64,000 nucleotides of DNA, taken from Bacillota bacterium. Lineage in GTDB: Bacteria > Bacillota > Clostridia > Acetivibrionales > JANLFN01. The stretch spans positions 6,101-70,100 of the forward strand of contig JAUZPR010000002.1 of NCBI GenBank assembly GCA_030705825.1, in the 5' to 3' direction. Below, one piece after another: positions 20,188-29,698 of this stretch; positions within the stretch are counted from its first letter, which is position 1; each line of letters begins with the position of its first letter. A program made the translations under genes and the position numbers. The notes under the pieces were generated by a model. It saw nothing but the letters and a program-made list of their open reading frames with translations, had not been told where the DNA came from and made no database searches.

Positions 20188-22539
20188 TCATTTTACAATT
20201 CTTTTAACCGATATGGTATTACCGTCCGACTTTAAAATGACAGCTCCAGACTGGTCAGTTCTGAAAATCCTGATATTATTATCTTCCAGCCTCGCCTGAA
20301 CTTCCTGAGAAGGATGCCCGAAATTATTTTTACCAACACTGATTACCGCCATAACAGGCCTCACTTTGTTAATAAAATCCTTTCCGGTAGAGGTTGAAGA
20401 TCCGTGGTGAGCTACTTTTAATACATCAGCTTTGAGATCAGTACCCGAGTCCAGAATAATTTCTTCAGCTTCGGTCTGTATATCACCGGTAAATAAAATG
20501 CTGACATCTTTATAGTGTAATTTTAACACTATGGACGAGTTATTTAAAGAAGATTCATCAAAACAAGAACCTCTAGCCGGATAAAGAACTTCAAAATAGG
20601 TATATTTGTCCAATTGAATTATATTGCCCCGGGAGCAAAGCATAACCTTAACCTTTTCATTTTGGGCTTCTTTCTCTAATAGGCTGAAACCCTTGGTATC
20701 ATTATTGTCAGGTAATATAAGATTCTTGACATGAAAATTTTCAATTACGGGAAATAAACCCTGAATATGGTCGGAATGGCTGTGTGACGCGATAACAAGA
20801 TCAATTCCTGTTATTCCCTGATCATAGAGGAATGGAACAACTACTGTGTCTCCTATATTGGGGCTTTTATTCATGTTGCTTGCATCACCCCCTCCGTCAA
20901 TTAAAATTGTTTTTCCTGAGGATGTTCTTATAAAGGTAGAATCACCTTCCCCAACGTCCAGAAATACGACCTTCATCTGATGCCCTGATATGAGAGGTAC
21001 AAATATTATAGCCGCTGTTATAAAAACAGCAATCATTGCCGCAGGCTTTGCAGAAGTACTATATTTAGGCCTGAACCAAAAAATATATAAAATAAAAACA
21101 TAGTAGCCGGTAATCAGTAAAGCAGACGGTGTCGCAACTTTAATAACGGCAAAAGGCAGCTTTGCGGATAGTCTGGAAATATACAAAACAAAGGACAGTA
21201 AAGTACAATTTATCAAACCCACAGCCCTTGCCACCGGGATAAAAAGCTGTCCGCTTATTGCCATACCGAAACCCAATACTGTGATAATACCTAGCAGAGG
21301 AACTGCCAATAAATTGGATATGACCGAAACAAGGGATACTTTGTTAAAATACAGAGCTATAAGTGGTAATATTCCTATTTGAGCAGAGATTGTGGCAGCA
21401 GCAGTATCCTTTATAATTTCAGGTAAGTATTTAAAATTCAAAGCATTAACTATAAACCTATAGAACAGAACTAAAGAAAGTGTTGCGGAAAATGACAGCT
21501 GAAAGCCTATGTCGAAAAGGGTATATGGATTAAACAAAAGAAGCAGAATAGCAGCAAAGGAAATAGATGCATAAATATCCGGTTCACGTCGGATTATCTG
21601 GGCTATCAGAATTACTGCCGCCATTATGGAAGCCCTCATGACTGAAGGTGTAAATCCGGTTACCGATACAAAAACAGCAAGTATGATCAATATTAATACA
21701 TTTGCTTTTCTTTGTCTGATTCTTAATTTTTTAAATAGAAAAACTAGTGGTGCTACTATAAAAGTAATATTCATTCCTGAAACGGCCATAATATGGGACA
21801 GACCGGCATCGCTGAAAGCTTTTTTAACATCATCCGACAGCCCATCAGTATAACCTATCAGCATACCGTTTAAAAGGCCTGCCTGTTCAGGAGGCAAGCA
21901 TTTATTTATAACCGTTACGATATTGTTTCTTATAACCAGTCCAAATTTAATAAAAGGATTTGTACTGTTATAGCCTAAAACATTAATACATCCGTTTCCG
22001 GCAAACATTGTTGCCGAAATACCGGATTTTGCAAGGTACTGCCTGTAGTCGAAACCTCCCGGATTTCTGACACCCCTGGGTAGATTAAGCTGCCCTGCAG
22101 CGGTTATTTCACGGCCGTATCCCAATAACCCTATATCATTATTTAGTGGAACTGTCAAAAGAATTTTACCACTGATTTTTTGGTTTTTATCTGCAGAATT
22201 AAGTTCAATTGTTTTTAAAACGTAAGACACAGAGGTTTCCTTTATATCAGGAACTGATTCTATGACGCCTTTTACCGTGACAATTTTTTGTGAAAAATCT
22301 TCAAATCTCTTTGAGTTGGAGTTATCTAAGGACAAATACTCAAATGATCCTATCAGGAAAAATAATACCAGTCCAATGGATAGGATAAAATTCGGAACTA
22401 TTTTCCCGAATAACAGCAGCAATACTGCCAGCCCGGCGGCTGCCATAACCACCGAAATCAGATATGAATGGCTCAAATTTGCCGTAATTATGCCTGAAAT
22501 TAAAAATACACAGAAGAATACTATCGGTCTTTTTATCAT
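20188..22539 (-). CDS. comEC: DNA internalization competence protein ComEC/Rec2
   Basis: Polytopic competence domain plus a C-terminal MBL domain (ASHSHSDH). Start chosen at MIKRPIVFF. The track start at 22575 lies inside an AT-rich palindrome. Confidence 0.85.
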   Translation of the reverse strand: MIKRPIVFFCVFLISGIITANLSHSYLISVVMAAAGLAVLLLLFGKIVPNFILSIGLVLFFLIGSFEYLSLDNSNSKRFEDFSQKIVTVKGVIESVPDIKETSVSYVLKTIELNSADKNQKISGKILLTVPLNNDIGLLGYGREITAAGQLNLPRGVRNPGGFDYRQYLAKSGISATMFAGNGCINVLGYNSTNPFIKFGLVIRNNIVTVINKCLPPEQAGLLNGMLIGYTDGLSDDVKKAFSDAGLSHIMAVSGMNITFIVAPLVFLFKKLRIRQRKANVLILIILAVFVSVTGFTPSVMRASIMAAVILIAQIIRREPDIYASISFAAILLLLFNPYTLFDIGFQLSFSATLSLVLFYRFIVNALNFKYLPEIIKDTAAATISAQIGILPLIALYFNKVSLVSVISNLLAVPLLGIITVLGFGMAISGQLFIPVARAVGLINCTLLSFVLYISRLSAKLPFAVIKVATPSALLITGYYVFILYIFWFRPKYSTSAKPAAMIAVFITAAIIFVPLISGHQMKVVFLDVGEGDSTFIRTSSGKTILIDGGGDASNMNKSPNIGDTVVVPFLYDQGITGIDLVIASHSHSDHIQGLFPVIENFHVKNLILPDNNDTKGFSLLEKEAQNEKVKVMLCSRGNIIQLDKYTYFEVLYPARGSCFDESSLNNSSIVLKLHYKDVSILFTGDIQTEAEEIILDSGTDLKADVLKVAHHGSSTSTGKDFINKVRPVMAVISVGKNNFGHPSQEVQARLEDNNIRIFRTDQSGAVILKSDGNTISVKRIVK

Positions 22540-22614
22540 TTTTTCCCTATCTGTTAAATATGTAATATAATGCATTATATTACATTATATTACATATTTT
22601 TGTGCAAGGGAATA

Positions 22615-22645
22615 ACAAAAAAGCTCTTTCATCTGAAAGAGCTTT
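22615..22645 (-). terminator. Intrinsic terminator after the NlpC/P60 gene
   Basis: Minus strand reads GAAAGAGC-agat-GCTCTTTC context followed by TTTTTTG. Confidence 0.75.
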
Positions 22646-22659
22646 CATTCATCTGTATA

Positions 22660-23580
22660 TTATAAAATTCTCCTTGCTGTGGAATAATGCGTGCTGTAAT
22701 AGCCGGAAAAGCTTTCAATTACAACTCTTCCTACCGAGCTGGATGCTGCATGAATAAATTTGCCGTCTCCAATATAAATACCAACATGATCGATATAACT
22801 GTGATGACATTTAAAGAATATCAAATCTCCGGGCTTCAGTTGATCCTTGCTGACCTTCTCACCCTCAAGTGCTTGTGCTGAAGCGGTTCGGCTTAATTTA
22901 ATTCCAAAATGTGAATAAACATAACCTGAAAAACCGGAACAGTCAAAACCCTTTGGTGAGGTGCCGCCATAAACATAAGGCGAACCTACATACTTTTTAG
23001 CGTATTCTATCAAATCAGCAGCCTTTGAACCATCTGTTTTATCAGTACCCGACCCGTTGGACTCTGCTGAAGATATTACATCTGCTGCACTTCTCGAAGC
23101 ATTTGCATCCCTTAAGGAAACATAATCTGAACTTACCCAGCCTACAACACCTTCGGATGTTTTTACCTTGTACCAGCCGTCGGCTCTTGCATAGATACTG
23201 ACCGTATTACCTTTTTCCACCTTGGCTAATATGGCAGATGAAGCATCTGCACTTTGTCTGACGTTCACAACACTTCCGGTAACAGTTCCGGTGCCTATGG
23301 TTGTATCCTTAATGGAAACGTAGTCGCTGCTCACCCAACCGGTAACATTATCATAAGTGACTTTATACCAGTCTTTTGAAGTATCTTTTATTGAAACCTG
23401 ATTTCCCTGCTGAAGCTTAAGAAGAATCTTTGAAGATGTATCCGGTGTTTCACGCATATTAAGCGTATCACATGTTACCGTACCCACCTTGTTTTCATCT
23501 GCAAACGCAAATCCCGAACAGAAAACTATAATAATTAGCGTTACTGCAGACCCGATTAGAAGTTTGTAAAACCTTGACAT
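22660..23580 (-). CDS. Cell-wall hydrolase, 2x SH3 + NlpC/P60 domain
   Basis: Signal peptide, two SH3_3-like repeats (GWVSSDYVS twice), and a C-terminal NlpC/P60 domain (FDCSGF...H). ATG at 23580 follows AGGAGTG. Confidence 0.88.
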   Translation of the reverse strand: MSRFYKLLIGSAVTLIIIVFCSGFAFADENKVGTVTCDTLNMRETPDTSSKILLKLQQGNQVSIKDTSKDWYKVTYDNVTGWVSSDYVSIKDTTIGTGTVTGSVVNVRQSADASSAILAKVEKGNTVSIYARADGWYKVKTSEGVVGWVSSDYVSLRDANASRSAADVISSAESNGSGTDKTDGSKAADLIEYAKKYVGSPYVYGGTSPKGFDCSGFSGYVYSHFGIKLSRTASAQALEGEKVSKDQLKPGDLIFFKCHHSYIDHVGIYIGDGKFIHAASSSVGRVVIESFSGYYSTHYSTARRIL

Positions 23581-23597
23581 CAAATCCACTCCTATTT

Positions 23598-23713
23598 CTA
23601 GCTTCCGAAGTTAGCTGACGGGTTCGGGTAATAGGATCACCCCTACCATCCTTAAGGATGGATTAGCCCCACTATTTGGTTCCTCCGTACCTCTTTTTTC
23701 AAGAGGATTCAGC
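23598..23713 (-). promoter_or_regulatory. c-di-AMP riboswitch (ydaO/yuaA motif)
   Basis: Minus strand reads GAAUCC...ACGGAGGAACC...GGGGCUAAUCC...GGGGUGAUCC...ACCCGAACCCGUCAGCUAACUUCGGAAGC. This matches the two pseudo-symmetric ydaO halves. The motif lies upstream of a cell-wall hydrolase, which is typical. Confidence 0.85.
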
Positions 23714-23738
23714 TTAATGAAATTTTACATCCACGAAT

Positions 23739-23767
23739 ATTATACATGTCCAAAATTGGTTTGTCAA
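23739..23767 (-). promoter_or_regulatory. Consensus SigA promoter driving the riboswitch-hydrolase unit
   Basis: Minus strand reads TTGACA (23762-23767), exactly 17 nt, then TATAAT (23739-23744). Confidence 0.8.
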
Positions 23768-23911
23768 ACCTCAATTGAGAAATTTTTCATGTATATGGAC
23801 GTTTAACCAGTATAATTACCGTATTTATACATGCAGCATTCAATATTCATTATATGTTATATCGGCAATAATGGATTCTTTTAATAGAATTTCCCGGGGC
23901 ACTTAATATAA

Positions 23912-23983
23912 GCGGTTATAAAATAAGAAATTCTATGGTTTTGTTCCATTCTCACTCGTGAGAACACACAAAAAAGAATTTCT
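23912..23983 (-). repeat. 72-nt hairpin module, copy 1 (terminator-like)
   Basis: 69/72 identical to 24001-24072. Nested inverted repeats AGAAATTCT/AGAATTTCT, TTTTG/CAAAA and TTCTCAC/GTGAGAA. On the minus strand it is followed by TATTTTAT. Confidence 0.7.
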
Positions 23984-24000
23984 CTTTCCACTTGATAAAC

Positions 24001-24072
24001 GCAGCTATAAAATAAGAAATTCTATGATTTTGTTCCATTCTCACTCGTGAGAACACACAAAAAAGAATTTCT
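24001..24072 (-). repeat. 72-nt hairpin module, copy 2 (terminator-like, abuts the GNAT stop)
   Basis: Same module. Here the outer stem extends to about 23 bp (GCAGCTATAAAATAAGAAATTCT / AGAATTTCTAATTTTATAGCTGC) and reaches into the GNAT stop region. Confidence 0.7.
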
Positions 24073-24076
24073 AATT

Positions 24077-24601
24077 TTATAGCTGCTTATACATTATAAT
24101 CACATTTTGGGGTTTGTCATTTAGTTTCAGATGGTTTTCCATTACTCTCATTTCCTTGAAGTCCAGCTTGTTCCAGAATGCTCGACCCTGTACATTCTCT
24201 TCTACTACCGAAATATATATGCTTTTATATTTATGGTTAATATTCAGATGATTGATTAACAGGTTTACTGCACGGCTTCCGTATCCTATGTTCTGGAAAT
24301 TGGTGTCTATCACTATGGAACTTATCCATATGGCATCGCTGCTCTTATATCCGACACTTCCCTTTAGTATTCCAACCATACAATCATTAGCTGCTGTATA
24401 AATTCCAACAAAGAACTCATGACTGTTGATAGCAACTTCAGCATATTTTCGTGTCATTTCCTGAAGGCTGATTTCAGAATCAATTCCTGTAGCATATTTG
24501 TATTCCTCTATTTTATTGTACCACTTAAGGATAAGGGGCAGGTCGTCACGCTTTATATCCCTAAAGCGAAGCACCTCATTTTGTATATTAAGTGGAAACA
24601 T
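24077..24601 (-). CDS. GNAT-family N-acetyltransferase
   Basis: Acetyltransferase fold motifs (QNIGYGSRAV..., GRAFWNKLDF). ATG at 24601 follows AGGAGG. Confidence 0.75.
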   Translation of the reverse strand: MFPLNIQNEVLRFRDIKRDDLPLILKWYNKIEEYKYATGIDSEISLQEMTRKYAEVAINSHEFFVGIYTAANDCMVGILKGSVGYKSSDAIWISSIVIDTNFQNIGYGSRAVNLLINHLNINHKYKSIYISVVEENVQGRAFWNKLDFKEMRVMENHLKLNDKPQNVIIMYKQL

Positions 24602-24831
24602 AAATCCTCCTGAAATGTTGGAATTTGATAATACTATATTCGTTACCAAGTTGTAAAATCCTTCATTATATTTGGAAATTACATAAAATCATCCAAAAAG
24701 TTCCTGCAATAATTTTTGATTTTCGTCTCAAAATAGTTATTGTAAGCTTAAAAAAGTTATTTTAACTTAAAGCTTACTTCGAGTCACTTCAGGACATCGA
24801 ATGCAAGACTATATTAGCGGAGGTGAAAGTA

Positions 24832-25038
24832 ATGTCAAACAATAATTCAAACGAAAAGGTAGTTGCTGGAGCAAAAGATGCTCTTAACAGAATGAAATTC
24901 GAAATAGCATCCCAGGTAGGAGTAAATTTAACTGATGGTTACAATGGAAACATCGCAGCCAAGGATGCAGGCAGGGTAGGCGGAAATATAACAAAGAAGC
25001 TTATTCAAATGGCAGAATCACAGTTGGCTGGAAAGTAA
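24832..25038 (+). CDS. Small acid-soluble spore protein, alpha/beta type
   Basis: KFEIASQVGV and GGNITKKLI conserved SASP blocks. ATG at 24832 follows GGAGGTG. Confidence 0.9.
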   Translation: MSNNNSNEKVVAGAKDALNRMKFEIASQVGVNLTDGYNGNIAAKDAGRVGGNITKKLIQMAESQLAGK

Positions 25039-25059
25039 GATATAAGTAATTTAAATAAA

Positions 25060-25088
25060 AGGTCATGCTTTATGGCATGACCTTTTTA
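25060..25088 (+). terminator. Intrinsic terminator of the SASP gene
   Basis: AGGTCATGC-N6-GCATGACCT followed by TTTTT. Confidence 0.8.
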
Positions 25089-25138
25089 TATTTTTTGAAA
25101 AGTTGCTGAAACTATTTATTTGTTAATGTTATTATATC

Positions 25139-25912
25139 TTATTCTGCTTTTTTTAGTAACTCCAGCATCATCTTTGTATTAGCGATTGCTTTTCCCTGGG
25201 GATGGTTGTTAAAGGATATTATTGTCAAAGCAGCTGAATTATCCATCTTTTCTATCTTTGGAATCCATTCTTCAAGTTCCTGACTGCTGTATAAATAATC
25301 ATAGCGCTCAGGACCGTTTCCGCCATACCATTTTTCAGCATTCCTTCCATGCAGCCTTAAATAAGCTACTTCGGATGTTAAGGCCGTTACATTTCTTATC
25401 AATCCTCTGACTTGAGGTTCATCCACACAAACAAAACCGAGCCCTTCAACCTTAAGAAATTTTATTACCTGTTCCTTAATCCATCCCTGATTGCGGAACT
25501 CTACATTTATATTTATTCCAGAAAACCATTCTCGTAATCTTTTAAGATATTCCATATTGATTTCAGAAAAATGAAAGGAATATGGAAACTGGGCCAAAAG
25601 GCATACCAGCTTTTGAGTTTCAATAAGCGGTGCTAATGAGGATTTAAAACCCTCAGCAGACTCTTTTTCCAAATCTCTCGTATGAGTGAAGCCCTGAAAA
25701 AGCTTTACAGCCACCTTGAAATTTTCTCCAGTTTTTCTTGATATGCTATCAAACAACTGGAGTCTTGGCATATGATAAAAAGATGAATTCACTTCCACGA
25801 AATCAAAATCACTTGAATAGAACTCAAGCATTTGTGAATCTTTTGTACCACTAGGATAATACGGGCCTATCCAATCCTTGTACGAATAGCCGCAAGTACC
25901 TGCATATACCAT
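25139..25912 (-). CDS. DUF72 (YecE-like) family protein
   Basis: CGYSYKDW...FYP...VEVNSSFY pattern typical of DUF72. Confidence 0.75.
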   Translation of the reverse strand: MVYAGTCGYSYKDWIGPYYPSGTKDSQMLEFYSSDFDFVEVNSSFYHMPRLQLFDSISRKTGENFKVAVKLFQGFTHTRDLEKESAEGFKSSLAPLIETQKLVCLLAQFPYSFHFSEINMEYLKRLREWFSGININVEFRNQGWIKEQVIKFLKVEGLGFVCVDEPQVRGLIRNVTALTSEVAYLRLHGRNAEKWYGGNGPERYDYLYSSQELEEWIPKIEKMDNSAALTIISFNNHPQGKAIANTKMMLELLKKAE

Positions 25913-26120
25913 ATCTGCCTCCCAATTGATATATGATAAAAAAGCCTGGTAATTAATTCAATATGTAAAAAATAAGTTTAAAAATTATTTATGGTGGTAT
26001 AACTATATTAGTCAAATAAAATAAGCAGCTTAAAACCCGGTAATTGACAGAACAGGAAACGAAGTTTAAATCTATCAGTATCTGTAGAACAATAATTAAA
26101 ATGCATTCAGAAATATTCGC

Positions 26121-26170
26121 AAAAACCAGTCAGACGGTTTGTACTTGATTGTACTGCCGTCTGATTTTTT
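26121..26170. terminator. Bidirectional hairpin terminator (serves the histidine kinase operon)
   Basis: TCAGACGG (26130-26137) and CCGTCTGA (26157-26164), flanked by an A-run and a T-run. Confidence 0.65.
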
Positions 26171-26202
26171 AACCCAATCTGGAAGCTTTGTGACTTTGAA
26201 TT

Positions 26203-27606
26203 TTATTTATTAATATCCTGCAAATAAGGTATCGACATAACAAATTCCGCTCCGCCTTTTTCGGAATTAGAGGCGGAGATACTCCCACCGTGCTTTTCTA
26301 TAATTACCTTTGTTATTGCCATACCGAGTCCTGTACTACCTTTTTTACCTTTATAAAATCTAACAAAAATATTTTCGAGATCCTTTTCTTCAAAGCCGCT
26401 TCCATCGTCATGAATCCTTATATCAACCTGATTCCCCTGATTTATAGTTGATATATTAATCTCACTTCTGGCATACCTTATGCAATTTCCCAATATATTT
26501 ATTAAAGCCTGTGTTATCTTATCCCTGTCAGCTTTAAGAACCATGTCCCTGTCAAGAACCTTTTTAATATTTATATTATCCTTTAAAGTAAGACTATTTA
26601 CCTTCTCTATACTTTTTTCAATGATTTCGTTTATACTAACACTGCTGAATTTATAGAAATCCTCCATAGTTTCCAATTTTGAAAGGAAAATCAAATCTTC
26701 CACAATACTTTTAAGCCTTGTACTTTCTTCAACAATGATTTCCAATGCCTGTTCGTTATCTTCAAATACACCGTCCTTTATACCTTCTGCATACCCCTGT
26801 ATGGACATTAACGGTGTTTTAAGCTCGTGTGACGCATTTTGCATGAATTTTTTCTGAGCTATATCATATTCTTTTAAAACTGCAGCCATTTTGTTAATGG
26901 TATTTGCAAGTTCTTCCAATTCGTCTCCGGTTCGAACCTCAACCCTGCTGTCGAAATCTCTTTTTGAAAGCAGTTCCGCACGGTCCTTCAGCTTAATAAT
27001 AGGTTTGGCAATAGAACGGGCTACAAAGACACCAAAGATAATTGTTGGAAAGCTTGTGAATATCATTGCAGTCAACAGGACTACAAGCATTCCTCTTCCG
27101 ACTTGCTTAATAGGGTCAATTGGGGCAAATGTCAATATCCAGTCGCCGATGTTTCCTGAATCGGTCTTGACTGGATGAATAAAAATATAGTATTCGGAGC
27201 TTTTAACTTTCACGATAATGCTTGAATCACCATGTTTTTGAATTGCTGCTTTAACAATGGGTGATGCCATAATGGAAGCTCTGCTGAATATTGGTGATTC
27301 GCCCGGGAATATTATTCTATTGAGATCTTTAGAATAAATGATACAATCACTTGATATAGTTCCTATACCCTTTCTTACCTGATCTCTAAGCTGCCGAAGT
27401 CTGTATTGTATTGACTCACTCGTGTTGGCAGAACTCTTTTTTAATATTTGTTCTATATCATATGCATCACTTTTTAAATACTTGGATGTCTGTCTTTCGA
27501 AATAAGAGCTTCCGTAGTATTTAAAAATGAAACCCACAAATGCCATTGAAATTAGTACTACCAACAAATACGAAAATATAATCTTATATGTTATGCTTCT
27601 CTTCAT
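26203..27606 (-). CDS. Sensor histidine kinase (TM-sensor-HAMP-HisKA-HATPase)
   Basis: H-box SHELKTPL and G-boxes (GSGF, GTGLGMAI). Two TM segments flank an extracytoplasmic domain. Confidence 0.9.
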   Translation of the reverse strand: MKRSITYKIIFSYLLVVLISMAFVGFIFKYYGSSYFERQTSKYLKSDAYDIEQILKKSSANTSESIQYRLRQLRDQVRKGIGTISSDCIIYSKDLNRIIFPGESPIFSRASIMASPIVKAAIQKHGDSSIIVKVKSSEYYIFIHPVKTDSGNIGDWILTFAPIDPIKQVGRGMLVVLLTAMIFTSFPTIIFGVFVARSIAKPIIKLKDRAELLSKRDFDSRVEVRTGDELEELANTINKMAAVLKEYDIAQKKFMQNASHELKTPLMSIQGYAEGIKDGVFEDNEQALEIIVEESTRLKSIVEDLIFLSKLETMEDFYKFSSVSINEIIEKSIEKVNSLTLKDNINIKKVLDRDMVLKADRDKITQALINILGNCIRYARSEINISTINQGNQVDIRIHDDGSGFEEKDLENIFVRFYKGKKGSTGLGMAITKVIIEKHGGSISASNSEKGGAEFVMSIPYLQDINK

Positions 27607-27639
27607 ATACTTTCTCCGATTATGGGTAAACCCGGTATA

Positions 27640-28332
27640 TTACTCGATTATTTTATATCCGTAACCCCAGACTGTAACAATTTCCAATACAGATCCTGCC
27701 TCAGAAAGTTTTTTTCTGACTCTTTTGACCAGATCGTCAATTGCCCTGGTATCGCCAACATAATCATATCCCCAGATATTGGTTATCAGCTGTTCCCGTG
27801 TAAAAACCCTGTTTTTGTTTTCTATCAAGAATAGGATAAAATCGTATTCCTTTGCCGTTAATTCAATGTCCGACTCATCCTTGAGTACTCTTCGTTCATC
27901 CAGCAGTACAAGGATATCATGACATTTTATTTCATTCCTCTGTATATCTGCTTTTGGGGGTTCATCCTTGATTCTTCTGAAAATGGTTTTCACCCTTGCT
28001 GTTAGCTCCCGCGGACTGAAAGGTTTTGAAATATAATCGTCACTTCCAAGCTCCAATCCCAATACCTTGTCAATTTCCTCGTCTTTTGCAGATACCATTA
28101 TAATAGGAACATCACTTGATTTTCTTATCTCCCTGCACAGGGTATAACCATCCATTCCCGGCATCATAACGTCTATAATCAGCATATCCGGTTTTAATCC
28201 CGACAAAGCCCCATATGCTTCGCTGCCGTCACCAAAAACCTCAACGTCATATCCTTCTTTCTGCAGATAAGATCTTATAAGATCCCTGATATTCTGTTCG
28301 TCATCTACAACATAAATCAACTTGTTTTTCAA
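27640..28332 (-). CDS. OmpR/PhoB-family response regulator
   Basis: Receiver domain (DDEQNI...DVMMPGMDG) plus a winged-helix C-terminus (VWGYGYK). Confidence 0.92.
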   Translation of the reverse strand: MKNKLIYVVDDEQNIRDLIRSYLQKEGYDVEVFGDGSEAYGALSGLKPDMLIIDVMMPGMDGYTLCREIRKSSDVPIIMVSAKDEEIDKVLGLELGSDDYISKPFSPRELTARVKTIFRRIKDEPPKADIQRNEIKCHDILVLLDERRVLKDESDIELTAKEYDFILFLIENKNRVFTREQLITNIWGYDYVGDTRAIDDLVKRVRKKLSEAGSVLEIVTVWGYGYKIIE

Positions 28333-28467
28333 ATTATACCTCCGTCCTGCACGAATATATCATATAACCCAGGTACAGCCGGATTTTTATATATACCGTC
28401 AATGCCGATTTCATGGGCTATTATTCCTGAGATTTAAACCTGATAATTATATTTTACCATTTTAAAT

Positions 28468-29130
28468 TTATGTTTGTAAAAATTCCTTAACGTCAAGAAG
28501 CGTTTTGAATTCTCTGTGTACATGGCTTAGAACTTCGTGGTTGGGTTTAATCAAATCAGGAACAAAAAACGGATACATATTAGCCCTGGCAGCAGCAATT
28601 ATTCCATATTCTGAATCCTCTAGAACTATGCAATCCTCCGGAATGCATCCCAGCTTTTGAGCCGCGGTAAGGAAAATTTCAGGTTCCGGCTTTCCCTTTG
28701 TAATTTCATCCCCGCACACAACCAGGTCAAATTTATCAATAACATTTGCAAGCTTAAGGTATTTAACCGCCTTTTCTCTTTCTGTTGATGTAGCTACAGC
28801 CCGTAAAACGGACTTTTGCTTCAGAAATTCCAATAATTCAAACAAGCCGGTCTTTAAAGGCACACCATTCTGATCCATATATTGTGAAACAAAATCCATA
28901 CTTTTAATTCTTAATTCGGAGAATGGAAAATCCTCACCGAAATAATCCCGTGATATTGATTCTGCAGTTACAGAATTGACTCCGATAATTTTATATATAA
29001 AGTCTAAAGGGATTTCATATCCGGAATTTTTACCAGCCTCCTGCCAGGCAATCAGAGACAGTTTTTCAGTATCGAACATCAAACCATCCATATCAAAAAT
29101 TACAAGAGATATTTTTTTTGCTTTATCCAT
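28468..29130 (-). CDS. HAD-family hydrolase (beta-phosphoglucomutase-like subfamily IA)
   Basis: DMDGLMFDTE motif I, S/T motif II and KGKPxPE/D motif. ATG at 29130. Confidence 0.8.
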   Translation of the reverse strand: MDKAKKISLVIFDMDGLMFDTEKLSLIAWQEAGKNSGYEIPLDFIYKIIGVNSVTAESISRDYFGEDFPFSELRIKSMDFVSQYMDQNGVPLKTGLFELLEFLKQKSVLRAVATSTEREKAVKYLKLANVIDKFDLVVCGDEITKGKPEPEIFLTAAQKLGCIPEDCIVLEDSEYGIIAAARANMYPFFVPDLIKPNHEVLSHVHREFKTLLDVKEFLQT

Positions 29131-29370
29131 ATGCCGCCTCACAACTAAAAATATTTATTTGGTTTTTTCGTAATTTACTTTTCTTATTATAACAAATTCT
29201 CAAAAGAATTCTTTAATTGTATATATTTCAACTTATAAATATTGAATTTCTACATAATTTAATAGCGTAAAATATTCAAAAAATATATATTTTTATAACA
29301 ATAGGACATACTAAAAATACTTGAATCAGCTGTAGCATAAAATTTATACAGGGTGGTTCAGGAGGTAAAT

Positions 29371-29691
29371 ATGAATTCACATATGCATAAATACAGATTT
29401 GAATCTGAAATTTCAAATAGCCATAAGCACAGAATAGTCGGTTATACTGACAGAGTAATAGGCATTGCCACTTTTCATTTTCATTCCTTTTACGGTATAT
29501 CTTCCTATGATAACCATACCCATTATTTTTCTGGTATAACAGGACTGCCCATAAAAACAGAGAACGGACATATTCACAGGATTGAAGGTATACTTGAGGT
29601 AAATGTGCAGCACGAACATTCCTATGCAGGTAATACTATGGAAGATGTTGCTTATAAGGCTGGAAAGCTGACACAGGAAGCTTTCGTTTGA
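29371..29691 (+). CDS. YmaF-family protein (repeated HxH motifs)
   Basis: Four spaced His motifs (SHKHRIVG, NHTHYFSG, GHIHRIEG, HEHSYAG). ATG at 29371 follows AGGAGG. Confidence 0.65.
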   Translation: MNSHMHKYRFESEISNSHKHRIVGYTDRVIGIATFHFHSFYGISSYDNHTHYFSGITGLPIKTENGHIHRIEGILEVNVQHEHSYAGNTMEDVAYKAGKLTQEAFV

Positions 29692-29698
29692 TTCTGTT

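Noticed and set aside
23912-24072. Possible CRISPR array or mobile-element ends
   Set aside because: There are only two copies, separated by 17 nt, with no cas genes, no spacer-like unique segments and no transposase. The structure fits duplicated terminator hairpins better.
24650-24822. Forespore (SigG/SigF) promoter for the SASP gene, plus the inverted repeat GTAAGCTTAA...TTAAAGCTTAC
   Set aside because: I could not align a convincing -35/-10 pair to the SigG or SigF consensus by eye. The inverted repeat has no U-tract and no obvious partner gene, so I made no feature call.
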